This document shows, piece by piece, positions 48,230 through 60,344 of a stretch of 64,000 bases of DNA. The DNA lies in the NCBI RefSeq assembly GCF_030144855.1, contig NC_082722.1, positions 27,838,001-27,902,000 of the forward strand, given 5' to 3'. The DNA comes from Hypanus sabinus (taxonomy: Eukaryota). Positions within the stretch are counted from its first letter, which is position 1. Each line of letters opens with the position of its first letter. A program made the position numbers and the translations under genes. The notes beneath the pieces were generated by a model. The model saw only the letters and a program-made list of their open reading frames with translations, was not told the DNA's origin and made no database searches.

Positions 48230-48790
48230 GAAAACACTGGGACTTTTTTGGGAAGGGAGGAGCGGGCAGACGATCGGAGGGGGGAAGGAACGGCCCCTCC
48301 CCCAGCGGTCCGCATTCTCCCGCACCGCACAGGCGTCGGAATGCGCAGGCGCAGTATGTCGCGTCACGAAAGGTGGTTGGTGACGTGGGACAGTGGTGAC
48401 CATGGTGCTGGCGGTTTTTCTGCTCGGGGAGTGGCGGGCATCACGATCCGCCCGGCTCGATACCCACCGTGGCGCGGTTCTTGGCGATATGGTGGTGCGG
48501 GGTGAAATCACAGCCGGTCACTCACTCGCCCTGCGCCATGGTGTGGGCAGCGCTCCGGGGCCGAGCCCCGGGTCGGGCTGCCGAGGGGAAGGGGATGGTT
48601 GTGGTCTCGCTGAACCGAGTTACTTTTCACGGGTTTCGGGTTTAACGATAATGATCCGCTTCGCGCTTTGTAAGGATCTCAGACCCAGAGCCAATGTCAC
48701 GGCCCAAGGTAGGAGCATGGCGCATCGTAAACCTACATTGCGATGTCCTCCAGAGCCGGCCTTGTCGCCACCCTCGTCCACTACATTTAC
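48230..48790. promoter_or_regulatory. CpG island promoter, probably for the ZDHHC gene
   Basis: Sharp CpG/GC enrichment in an AT-rich background; NRF1-like TGCGCAGGCGCA at 48342-48353; CRE-half TGACGT; lies 3.5 kb upstream of the first coding exon. Confidence 0.75.
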
Positions 48791-49559
48791 AATACTGTCC
48801 CGAACATGCGAAGCAGTGACCAGGTATGACAGTGTAAAACCACTCCAGTCAGTTTTCTTTCAATTGTCGGCACAAGTATTCCTCTTCATCATCATTGTTT
48901 GCTGTATCAGCCCAAGTGTTAGTGCCGTCAAATGGGACTTAACCTGCTGTAACCTGGGCTTGGGTGCCCAATTCTGGTTTTGCCTGGATCACACAGCAGA
49001 GGTGCAAATGTAGATGAGACAGCAATTTTCCAGTAGTGAGGTGAGAGTGACCAACATTGAGGCACCTCAGGGTGTGCGATGGCTTGTGGTATCAAGGAGT
49101 CCTGGCAAATTTGAAGCCTGCTGGCATCACTGCTCTGGCCCAGGTAGTGCCAGTGAACATCGCCACCTCAGGTTGATGTCCAGTCACAAACTGGAGAAAA
49201 TCTGCAGATGCTGGAAATCCAAGCGACACACACAAAACGCTGCAGGGGCTCAGCAGGCCAGGCAGTGAGTGCAGTTGACATATTGGGCCCACTGTACTCT
49301 TTTCCATAGATACTGCCTGACCTGCTGAGTTCCTCCAGCATGTGTGTGTGTTGCTCAGGTCGATGTTCTTGTTGCTGTTTGCAGGATTTGTTTGTTGTGC
49401 CGGGGAGGGAGGGTGATTGTCTTGTTGCTGTCAGGGGATTTTTTTTTTTTTTGCGGGGGAATGTTTTATTTTGAACGGGTTTTGTGTCTGTGGAGAATGT
49501 AAGTCTCAGGGTTGACTACTGCATGCAATCTTTGATATAAATATTCTTTGACCTTTGAT

Positions 49560-50400
49560 CAAAGGGACAGTAGAGACAGATTAGGGGTGCTGGAAATCTG
49601 GAGCAACACACGTGCTGGATGCTGGAGGAGTTTGGGGGTCAGGCAGCAGCTAGGAGGGAAATGGACAATCCCTTCATAAGGGCTGGAAGGAAGGGGGACA
49701 TGAGCCAGAAGGAAAGGGCAAGAGAGGAGGAGGTGTTGGTGGGTGATGGGTAAATCCAGGTGGAAGGTAGGCAAGTGGGATTCCTGTCAGGTGATAGAAG
49801 AGGCAAAATGTTGAACAAGATGGAATCTGATAGGAGAGGGCAGTTGACTGGAATAAAGGGAAGGAGGTGAGGAATCTGAGGGTGGTGGGCTGTGATGTTG
49901 ATGCAGGTTGGAGACGATCTGGATGGTATTGCTTCGAGCAAGCCTAACACTCTAACGTGGTAGTCGAGGAGGCCCTGGACAGATACGTCAGTGTGAGAAT
50001 TGGAAGTGGAATTGAATGGCTGCTCACGAGGATATCCTGACCGTTAGCAGCTGGAGTGGAGGTGCTCAACGCAGTGGTCCCTCAGTCTGCTTCTGGTCTC
50101 TGCAATGTAGAGCAGGTCACGCTGAGGGCACGGAATGCAATACATGGCGCTGATGGAGTTGCATGTGAAAAACTGCCTCTCCTGGAAAGATTGTTTCAGG
50201 CCCTGAATGGTGGTGAGAATGATGAGTGGGGGCAGGTTGCTGGGATAAGAGCCTGGAGGGAGTTAGCGAGGGAGGAGCAGACAAGGGAGTGGTGCTGAGT
50301 GATTGCTGCAGAAAGTGGAGAGGGGAGGGGAATATGTGCCCCGTAGTGGAACTCTTGCAGTTCTCCTCTCACATTTTGGACTGGGTCAGGGGTTAGCTTT
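49560..50400 (-). mobile_element. Penelope-like element 3' fragment
   Basis: Reverse complement of the same GIY-YIG and 3' tail family seen at 39140-40446 and 14340-14800. Boundaries approximate. Confidence 0.55.
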
Positions 50401-52337
50401 TTCACTGCAGTGCTTGTAAATCCTTGCGATTCTCCGTTGTCCCAATGGATTGGAGCTGATCAACTATCTTCTTAGCTGAGACAGCTTTTGGCAGAATGAT
50501 TACATGTTACAGTTCTTCGGTCTTTATATAAACTGTTCAATCTTAGCAATAATATTAAAGTACAGTCTTCAGAAAGAATTTTCAATTACTTTATATATTT
50601 AAAACAGTTTCCTGTTGCTACCTACATGATAATATCTTGTGGTTACCTTCCATTTCAAAAAGCTATCAGTCGCACTGAGTGCCTACAAACTGACTGGGCT
50701 GGGAAATTTCAAACATTTAACTACCTTCTAAGTGAAAATGTCTTTGTCACTCGATCCTAAGTGATTGTCACCTCCTTGGATTTAGGTCTGTCTTTTCAGA
50801 ATATACATCAAGGCTCATAGATTGTTAAAACCTATTGCAAAAATGTTTCAGTGTGGTCACCGCTCGCTCCTTTAAGCTGAATGGGATGGGCCTGTTTGGA
50901 TATATGGAACAATTTCCTTATCTCCGGGAACAGGACAGTGTTGGATGCTATTGGAAAGAGGTTAAAGCTAAGGAGAAAGCACAGAAAAGAATGATTTGTC
51001 GGAATGAAAGGCTTTATATATTATGACAGACAAAAATAACTTGTTTTCACAAAGAGAATGATAAATGAAATCTACTTATGTTGTTTGAATTTGGGAGGTT
51101 TTAGTAAAACAGGAGTGTGGCTGACTGAAAGATAAAAATCAGAATCAGGTTTACTATCACTGACTGATCGGTCATGAAGTTTGTTGTTTTGTGGCAACAG
51201 TGCAACACAAAGATACAGAATACTATAAATTACAAAATAAATATTGCAAAAGCAGAATGAATGAAGTAGTCTTTGTGGACTATTCAAAAATCTGCTGGCA
51301 GAGGCAGGAGGCTCCTATACCTCCTCTCCAGTGGTAATTAACAGAAGCGGGCATGCTTGAGTGGTGAGAGGCCTTAATGATGGATGCTGCTGCCTTCTTG
51401 GGACTCCACCTCTCGAAGAAATCCTTAATGTCGGGATGGTCTCTGCCCACGATGGACTGGCTGAGTGTACGTCCCTCTGCGTCCTCTGTCGATCCAGTCA
51501 GAATGCTCTCCACCACTCAACTCTAGACATTTGTGACATGCCAAATCTCTTCAAACTCCTAATGCAGCACAGCATGAAGGTGCTTTATTTCAATATTTTG
51601 GGCCCAGGATAGATTCTCTGACACACAGAAGCTTGAAACTGCGACCCTTTTCCGCCGCAGACCCTCAATGAGGACTGGTGTGTGTTCTCCCAGCTTCCCC
51701 TTCCTGAAGTGCACAGTTAATTCCCTGGTGTTGCTGACATTGAGCACGAGGTTGCTGCCTGACACTTCTCAGCCAGCTGATGAATCTCACTCCCTCACGC
51801 CTTTCATTTTCAGATTACTAAAAGAACATGGTGAGATTATACTACAAATACAGCAATGTTACAGGAAATACAACATTAGCAGTATTTTGCAGAAAGGATG
51901 ACAGGATTATTGATTTAAATACACAGTGCAGTTCCTTAGAATACAGGCCTTTTTACAGAATTTGAGATATAAGTATACAGGATTTTGATATCCTGACCCA
52001 CATTCCACTTCAGAGGTGGTGGTAATGCACCTCAAAGCTGTTTGCAAGCTGTCATATAGCCGGAGGAGAAGAAAAATAACTAAAACGTGAGGTTGTGGCA
52101 GATGTGAAAGTGTTTGTGTAAGCAAAACCATCTCACAGAATAAATAAAATCAAGGTGTATACAAAGGGAAAGTGAATTGAAACTACATAGGAACTACTGT
52201 GAGAATTCATTTTGCACTCATGACTGGGGCATAAAGTTAACGCAGTGTAAACTGAATTGCCTCTACAGTGGAACTACATAACCTTCATTGCTATTTCAAC
52301 GTTAGCTTACTTATGACTTTTTGATGTTACATTGCAG

Positions 52338-52553
52338 ATGGATTGCTTCCGTAACCGTCATAAAACTGAACCAGAGGAAAACCGTCGTAGTCAAAGACGC
52401 TGCACCCCCAGGCACCCAAAGGTCAATGGTTGGAGCTGGCCACCCCATCCCTTTCAGATACTATCTTGGATCGCCGACTTGTACTTCCTTATCGTTGTAG
52501 TGGGTATACTTATCCCTCTTCTTCCATCAGGATGCGTACCTGCTGGCTACGTT
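52338..52553 (+). CDS. ZDHHC1-like: DHHC palmitoyltransferase (ZDHHC1/11 family), first coding exon
   Basis: Acceptor ttgcag directly before the ATG. Reads MDCFRNRHKTEPE..KVNGWSWPPHPFQ..LIPLLPSGCVPAGYV, comparable to ZDHHC1 RNGWSWPPHPLQ..WVPAGYA. Ends at a GTATCCTTT donor. Confidence 0.88.
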
Positions 52554-55325
52554 GTATCCTTTTTAACAGGACTGCAAGACTTTACTAGTACACGTTTAAG
52601 GAAGTAGTTGCACAGCCTGACCTGTTTCCTTGTAGTGATTTTATTTGCAAGGTGCATCTTGCAGATAATCTGCTGGTTTCAGTTTTGGTGAACGTGGAAA
52701 TTTAAAAGCATTTTGAATTGATAAAGAACTGTAGTAGAAGTGGGTATTAATCATTGTGTAAAAATATACTGCATGAATTTTATAATTCTTCTGATTTTAG
52801 CACATTTCCTGTAATAAACTAGAGTCTAAAGTATTAAAGTGACTACAAGACCAGGAAATCTTACTTCAAATGGCTAGCAAGGACTGCCTGTCTCTGCAGG
52901 CAAACTGAAGGGAACCCTATCATAGAATGGTTACAGCATAGAAGGAGATCATTTGGAGAATTGTGTCCATACTCGTTGTCCATCTGAGTAGCTTGTCAGT
53001 TCTACCCATTGGCCACTTCTCTGCAGCCTTTCAAGATTTTCCTCACCATTTATTTATGCAAGGACGGAATGGAACCTGCCTGCATCACATATGCAGATTA
53101 CTATCATTCCAGATTCTCATTGGCCACTTTATTGCATACGGGAGTGGAACTCAGTGTGGCCGTCTGTTACTGGAGCTCATCCACTTCAAGATTCAAACAT
53201 GTTGTGCATTCAGAGAGGCTCTTCTGTACACCACTGTTGCAATGCATGGTTACCTGAGTTACTGCCACGTTCCTGTCAGCTTGAACCAGTCTGGCCATTC
53301 TCTGACCTCTCAATAATGAACCATTTTTTGCCCACAGAGCTGCTGCTGGCTGTATTTATTTATTTTATTTTTTTTTTGCTATTTGGCACCATTCTCTGTA
53401 AACTCTAGAGACTGTTTTCTATGAAAATCCCGGGAGATCAATAGTTTCTGCGATACTCAAACCACCCAGTCTGGCATGGTCACAGTCACCTAAATCACAT
53501 TCTTCCCCATTCTGATGTTTAATCTGAACGTCAGCTTCACTTCTTGACCATGTCTGCATGTTTATATGCATTGAGCTGCTGCCACATGATCGGCTGATCA
53601 GATATTTGCGTTAACAAGCTGATGTGCCTAAAAAAGTGAATGTATATGTTGCACGATGAAAATAAGATTTATCTTCAGTCACTTAATTGATTTTCCCTTT
53701 GTTCCATACCTGTGACTTTTAGTTCTTTACCCCTTCACCATAGGGGACAGCCTCCCACTATCCCCTCTGTCCAGACCCCTCATCACTATCAAATCTACAC
53801 TCAGATTTCTCTTCTTTAAGAAAAGTGGTGCAAACTTTTGTAATATCTCTAATTGATGTATCACATTCCAGGAATCACTCTCATAAAGTATTTTATTGCA
53901 CTCTGTAAAACCTTCTCATCTTTGCTGTCATGGGATGACAAGTACTGAATGTGATACGTATGTTTATAAAGGTTCAGCATGATTTCTGTTTCTTTTAATA
54001 AAAGATAAAGTCCAGTGTAACTTTCATATCCTCCATGGCTTTACTCCCCAAATTCATTCTGGAGAAACTCTGAACTTTGTTGCTAACTGTTTGTTATACA
54101 CCTTTAGTCCAGCTAAAATGTGGTGTTCCAATTCCAAAACTCCCTCTCCCCCTCTCCCCTATTGAAGTATCTGTCTGTAAGAAGGAGTTTTCTCATTAGT
54201 TTTCCCACTGGTGTGAGTGTTGTGAAACATATCAGCAGCATCAGCAATTTCTGAACCACAGCCATTCTTATCTTTCACCCCTTCAGGCTGATCTAAATCC
54301 TACCCCTCCTTATATGCAACAGCAGTTATTCCCGCCATTACAGACATTTACAGTACACGCTGCACCCGTAAAGCATTGTGAAGGACCCCACGCTCCCCTC
54401 ATACAAACTCTTCTCCCTCCTGCCATCTGGCAAAAAGTAACAAAGCATTCGGGCTCTCACGACCAGACTGTGCAACAGTTTCTTCCCCCAAGCCATCAGA
54501 CTCCGTAATACCCAGAGAGTAGACTGACATCTGCATCATTTATTATTATATTGTAATTTGTCCTCTACTGTGCCTGTTGTCTTGTTTCTTAATTATTGTA
54601 CTGCCCTGCACTGTTTTGTGCACTTTATGTAGTCCTGAGTAGGTCTGTAGTCTAGTGTAGTTTTCTGTTGAATATTTTTGTTTAATGGGAAAAGCATGAA
54701 CTAATGATAGAATAGTTAAGGAAGATGGTCAGTATTATCAGTTAAAAGAAGTATTATCAGTGATTTGATTTGATATTAAATCTAAGCTATAAACCTGAAT
54801 ACACTACAAAACATGCGACAAGTTGGGGGAACTACATTAAAGAATATAACAGTAAACGGACAATGAGTAACATACACACACTCGCTCACTCACTCACTCA
54901 TAAAGCATCTATAGAAAAGAATAAAGAGTTGATGCTTTGGGCCAAGGCCCTTCATTAGGACTGAAATGTCAACTCTAGTAGAACAGGGTTTAATACAAGT
55001 AGCCTAATAATTTTACCACCTTAGAAGAAATTACGATTTTTTTCAATATTCATTCGTATATTTTGCAACTATTCACTTTTACAATCCTAAGAAATTTTAG
55101 CATGGATCAAATTGATTAAATTATTTTACTTGGGTGATGGTTTGACCAGCTTAACACCAATAATGCAAGACATTTAACTTGGATCAAAGCTGAAGTAGTT
55201 GATTTGTGTGTATTAATGTGTGTATGAAAGTACTGTATTATTTTCAGTGTTTTAAAACTGATAAGCAGAGAGTTACAAAATTTCATCCATAATATTCAGA
55301 ATATTTTAACCTTAACCCGTTTTAG
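52554..55325 (+). other. U12-type (minor spliceosome) GT-AG intron
   Basis: 5' splice site GTATCCTTT; branch site CCTTAAC at 55310-55316, about 10 nt before the AG, with no long pyrimidine tract. The flanking exons join in frame. Confidence 0.88.
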
Positions 55326-55498
55326 TGGTTTGGTGGTGCTTTTATTTGGAACGTAGCTTTTCAGGTGATTGCAGTCACCATCGACCCAGCTGAGGATAGC
55401 GTTCGGGCCAAGGGATATAAAAGATTACCCCCGGTGTACAAAGGCAAACCACTTAAATCTAGTCTCCGTGAGTGTTACCGGCTTTGTGAAGTTGAGGT
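55326..55498 (+). CDS. ZDHHC1-like: ZDHHC1/11-family coding exon 2
   Basis: WFGGAFIWNVAFQVIAVTIDPAEDSVRAKGY..ECYRLCEVEV, with the IDPA motif; donor gt|gtaagt, phase 2. Confidence 0.88.
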
Positions 55499-55569
55499 GT
55501 AAGTATCAGACTGAGTAATGCTTTTGTTGCTTAGAGCTGAAAAATATACAAAGTAGAGGTTCATTTGAT

Positions 55570-58480
55570 CAATGGTAGTGTGGCAGTCGGAGTAACACTT
55601 TATAGCACTAGCTGTGAAATGAGGTTCAATTCCCAACGCTGTCTATAAGGTGTTTGTATGCTCTCTGTCTGACTGAATGGCTTCCCTCCAGGTACATCCG
55701 AAATGTATGGGCTAGGGCAGGGGTCGGCAACCCGCGGCTCAAGAGCCGCCTGCGAATCTTTCATCTCTGTGCTGCATCTCCCTGTGGCTTTGGAAAATAA
55801 ATGATGAGTATTTAATTAAAATGTATTTTATGTTAGTTTGTTAGTTTTTGAAACGTAATTCTAAATTTGAAGATTATGGTGATCTTGTACAATCTAAATA
55901 AAACGTGTTTTTTGTCGCTATTAATATACGTCACCACTGCCAATGCCTGACACCCACCAGTGCGCAATTTCTTTAATTTTTCGATCCAAGGTAGGCTAAC
56001 TATGGAGAATTCTAAAAAAAAGAAATTTGACTGAAGAAAACAGAACGTTTAATGATACGTGGGCAGATTCATTTGCTTTCACTGCTGACGAGACTGGCAT
56101 GCCGGTATGCTTAATATGCAATGAGAAACTAGCAAACAACAAAAAGTCAAATGTCGCAAGACATTTCCAGAATAAACACGCAGCCTTTGCCAAAAATATC
56201 CGGATGGAGATGAGAGAAAAAAAGTCGATTCGGAACTGATGCGGAAGGTTGATCTGAGCAAAAATCATTTCAAGAAGTGGATGAAGTCTGGAAAATCAAC
56301 TACATATGCTAGTTTTGTTGCCGCTCAGGAAATAGTCAGGCACGGGAAGCAGTTTACAGATGGTGAATATATAAAAGAATCTTTCATTAAGATTTCAGAA
56401 CATCTATTCATGGACTTTAAAAACAAGAGTGAAATTGTGCAGAAAATCAGGGATATGCCCCTCTCTGCAAAGACTGTCAAAGACAGAACCATAAAAATGG
56501 CAGAAGACATCACAAGACAGCAAATTAAAGACATCAATTCAGCTGTGGCCTACTGGATTGCCTGTGACGAGTCTAAAGACAAAGGTGATATTGAACAAAT
56601 AGCACTGTTCTGCCGGTATGTAAACTCTGCCGGGCCACAGGAAGAAATGATTGAGTTGATACCTCTAAAAGGCCAAACACGGGGGGGAGGACATCTGTGA
56701 GGCTGTCTTGAATTGTTAAAGAGCCAAAGGAATAAAGACCACCCACCTGGTGTCAGTAGCTACTGATGGGGCACCAAGTATGATGGGAGTGCACAAGGGA
56801 TTTGTGGCTTTACGGCAGAAGTCGCTGGACAGAAAGCTGCTGACTTTTCACTGCATCTTGCACCAAAAGGCACTGTGCGCTCAAACATTTCCTCCGGAAT
56901 GCACAGAAGTAATGGATGTTGTCATTCAGATTGTCAATAAAATAATGGCAAAAAGTTTAAATCACCGTCAATTCCGCTTGTTACTGGACGAGCTGGAAAG
57001 CGCATATTCTGATCTCCTGCTGCACAACAAAGTCCGGTGGCTGTGCAGAGGGGAGGTGGTGAAACGCTTTGTCGCGTGTCTGGAAGAAGTGAAAACTTTC
57101 CTGGGCAACAAAGGGCTCACCTTTCCTGAGCTGGAACAGCCAGAGTGGCTGGAAAAGCTACACTTCATGGTAGACATGACAGCGCACCTGAACACGTTGA
57201 ACACAGCTCTTCAAGGGAAAGGACGCACAGCCCTGCACATGTTGGAGGATGTTTTGGCATTCAAGCGCAAGTTGGCAGTGCTTGCCAGAGATTTACAGAA
57301 AGGCACATTGTCTCACTTCCCCAATTTGAGAGAGTTCAAGCAAGCTCACGACATGATAAGTTCGGAGTATTTACATTCTGCAATCATCGCAATGCAAACA
57401 TCGTTTAGGAAATGCTTCTGTGAGTTCAGAGAGGAAAAAAACACATTATCCTTCCCGGTCACTCCCCTAAGCATCAATCCATCCCTACTGAATACGACTG
57501 TATTGGCAGGTGTGAGTCAACCTGATCTTGAGATGGAACTGGCCGACATAGCCGACAAAGACATATGGGTGTCCAAGTTTAGACGCTTGACAGACCTTGA
57601 AGATGTTGCCCGTCAGAAGGCTGTTCTTGCTCAGAATCACAAATGGAGTGATATTGAAAACTTCCCCAAACTGGACAAACTTGTGTTCGAAACATGGAAT
57701 GCTATCCCCGACATTAATGTAAACATTAAAAATTATGCACATGGAGTCCTGTCGATCTTTGGATCCACGTATGTATGTGAGCAGGTGTTCTCCAACATGA
57801 AGTTTATTAAAAACAAACATCGCGCACGCCTCACAGATGACAGCTTGTGATCCTGTGTAAAGATGAAAGTGACGTCATACAGCCCTGATGTGCAGATGCT
57901 GTGCGCTGAGGCCCAGGAGCAGAAATCCCATTAACCAAGTATGATAAATATTTTAATTGTCTATTGTTTTATGTATTTTTTCATTGTTCAGTGAAATAGT
58001 CCTTTTATTTTTCAGGTTGACAGCTGGCTGATGTTATTTTTGGTTTGCTGCTGGTGGACAATTTAAGTTCGGCGTTTTTCATAAATACAAGAAGGACTCA
58101 AATAGACATTGAGTATTTTACTTCAAAGTAACCTTCAACCCAACATCTTTTTCTTCGGAGTTCAAAATGTTTTTGTTGCATACAGAAATGTAATTTCGTT
58201 TTCTCTGCAGGAGTTCATCGATTTCATAAATGCAACACATTATAGTTTGTTTATACATAGCATAAAGTCAAAAAAAAAGTTGTATGCAGTGTTACTTCAT
58301 TTTAAATGTCAAACAGGTTTTGTGGCTCCCAGTGTTTTCTTTTCTGTGGGAAATGGGTCCAAATGACTCTTTCAGTGGTAAAGGTTGCCGACCCCTGGGC
58401 TAGGGTTATTGAATTGTGAGTTTGCTACATTTGTGCCAGAAGCATGGTGGTACTTGTGGGCTGCCCCCAGCACATGTGAT
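55570..58480 (+). repeat. SINE-like fragment split by the hAT (pieces ~55570-55717 and ~58406-58480)
   Basis: tRNA-like head (ggtagtgtgg...ggttcaattccc) followed by ctgtctataagg..tttgta; the sequence resumes after the TSD. Confidence 0.45.
55718..58397 (+). mobile_element. hAT DNA transposon (Buster/Charlie-type, GTF2IRD2-like transposase), nearly complete
   Basis: 15-bp TIR CAGGGGTCGGCAACC and perfect 8-bp TSD GGCTAGGG (55710-17 / 58398-405) with the nnnTAnnn pattern. Transposase 56002-57934: BED finger CLIC..RHFQNKH, CDESKD, VATDGAPSM, HCILHQ, VRWL, FGSTYVCEQVFS, with a few frameshifts and a stop. Confidence 0.93.
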
Positions 58481-60242
58481 GGAGTTGTTCTGACTGTATT
58501 GGCTGCTGAGACAAAACCGTGCATTTTACTGTAAGTTTTGATGTTTCAATGTACATGTGACAAATAAACCTGATCAGATCATGTTTGAATAACTTTGTAC
58601 CTAACCTCTGACCTTATGTCTTTGTAGACCTATGATGTCGTGAGCCATGTGAATAATACAAAATCATGTATATTATTCAATGCAGAATTAAGATTGTCTA
58701 AACTGATATCTTTGTTTATATCATTGTCTATGTCTATATCACATTAACAGTTTTGGATTCCAACCAGTAGTTATTTGATGCCTTTATAGTAACTGCAAAT
58801 TATTGCCTTAGAATTGTAAAATTGATTGAAAATACTTGCAACAAAGAAATTATTTAAGTTCACTGCACTACTGTTTCAAAGTTCAAAGTAAGTTTATTAT
58901 CAGTGCATATATGTCACCCTGAGACTCATTGTCTTACACAGTAAATGCAAGAAACAATAGAATCAATGAAAGATTGCATCCTATAGGATGGTCAATCAAC
59001 CTTCTTGCAAAAGGCAACAAACTGTGCAAATGTAAGAGAAAAGAAATATAGTAAATAAGTAATAAATATCAAGAACATGAGATGAAAGGGTGTATGAAAG
59101 TGAGCCCACAGATTGTGGGAACAATTCAGTGATGGTACGAGTGAAGTTGTCCCCTCTGGTTCCAGAGCCTAATGGTTGAGGGGTAATAACTGTACCTGAA
59201 CCTGGTGACGTGGGCCCTGAGGCTTCTGCGCCTTCCTGCTGGCAGCAGTGAGAAGAGAGCTTGTGCTTGGTGGTGGGGGTCCTTGACAATGAGGCTGTTT
59301 TCCTGCGACAACACTCCACGATTACTTTTGATATTGAAGAAAAAGATGCAAATGCGAAGTAAAGTTTTAGAAAGTATGATATTTGGAACATTCAGAGTAA
59401 AACACGGTACTGTATTATCTATTGAACATAATATATTGGAGCACAATTAGGCCATTTGGCTCATCAAATCTGCTCTTCCATCCATCATGGCTGATTTATT
59501 ATCCCACTCAGCTCGAATTTCCTGCCAGCTCCCAATAAACTTTGACACCCTTACTAATCTACAACTTGTCAACCTCTGATTTAAATATTACTTGGCTTCC
59601 AAAGCTGTCGGTCACAATGAATTCCACAGATTCTCCACTCTCTGGCTAAAAAAAAAGTTCCTTCTCATCTTTGTTCAAAATGGAGTCCTTTGTTTTGTAA
59701 TTTATTTTTTTTATTGAAGTTCATCATCAAGCAAACATTTCCATAAGATGTATTTCAGAGATTCTGAGGCTAAACTCCCCTGGCTACTGGAACCATCCTC
59801 TCCATGTCCACTCTAACTAGGCCTTTCAATATTTGAATGAGATTCTTCCTCACTGTTCTAATCTCAAGTGAGTACAGGCCCAGAGCCATCAAACTCCACT
59901 TCATTAACCCTTCCACTCCCAGGATCAATCTCGTGAACCTCCTCTGGACCCTCCCCAATGAATATTCTGATCTGTGCTCTCCTTCAGACTTCGACTGTTT
60001 ATCTGTTACAACTTCCCACCATGTAGTTTCCCTACAGATGCTGTTTTAGAATGCTGTCCAATGTGTAGGCTATTTGCACTCCAGAGTTAGTGTAATTTAT
60101 TTGTATTTTGACCAAATCAGAAGCACACTAGGACGCTACAGTTATCCCTCTGTGGGAAAAGTATAGATGTTCTTATTTTTTCATATTTATTATAATTTTG
60201 GGATGATAGATCATTATATTTTCTTGTATTTCTGATTCACAG

Positions 60243-60344
60243 GTGTCGAAATTCCCACCACTGTAATAAATGCAAGAAGTGTGTAGGTAATTTTGATCAT
60301 CACTGTAAGTGGCTCAACAATTGTGTAGGAGGCAGAAATTACCG
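60243..60344 (+). CDS. ZDHHC1-like: ZDHHC1/11-family coding exon 3 (DHHC catalytic motif)
   Basis: [33 protein letters not shown]; cag acceptor, gtaagg donor, 102 nt, in phase with the flanking exons. Confidence 0.95.

Noticed and set aside
48393-49013. 206-aa ORF starting in the CpG island
   Set aside because: No recognisable motifs; GC-rich sequence lacks stops, and the real ZDHHC reading frame starts at 52338.
51814-51830. 17-nt micro-exon candidate ending in ATG upstream of the ZDHHC start
   Set aside because: Splice signals are plausible but there is no independent support, and the flanks are repeat-derived.
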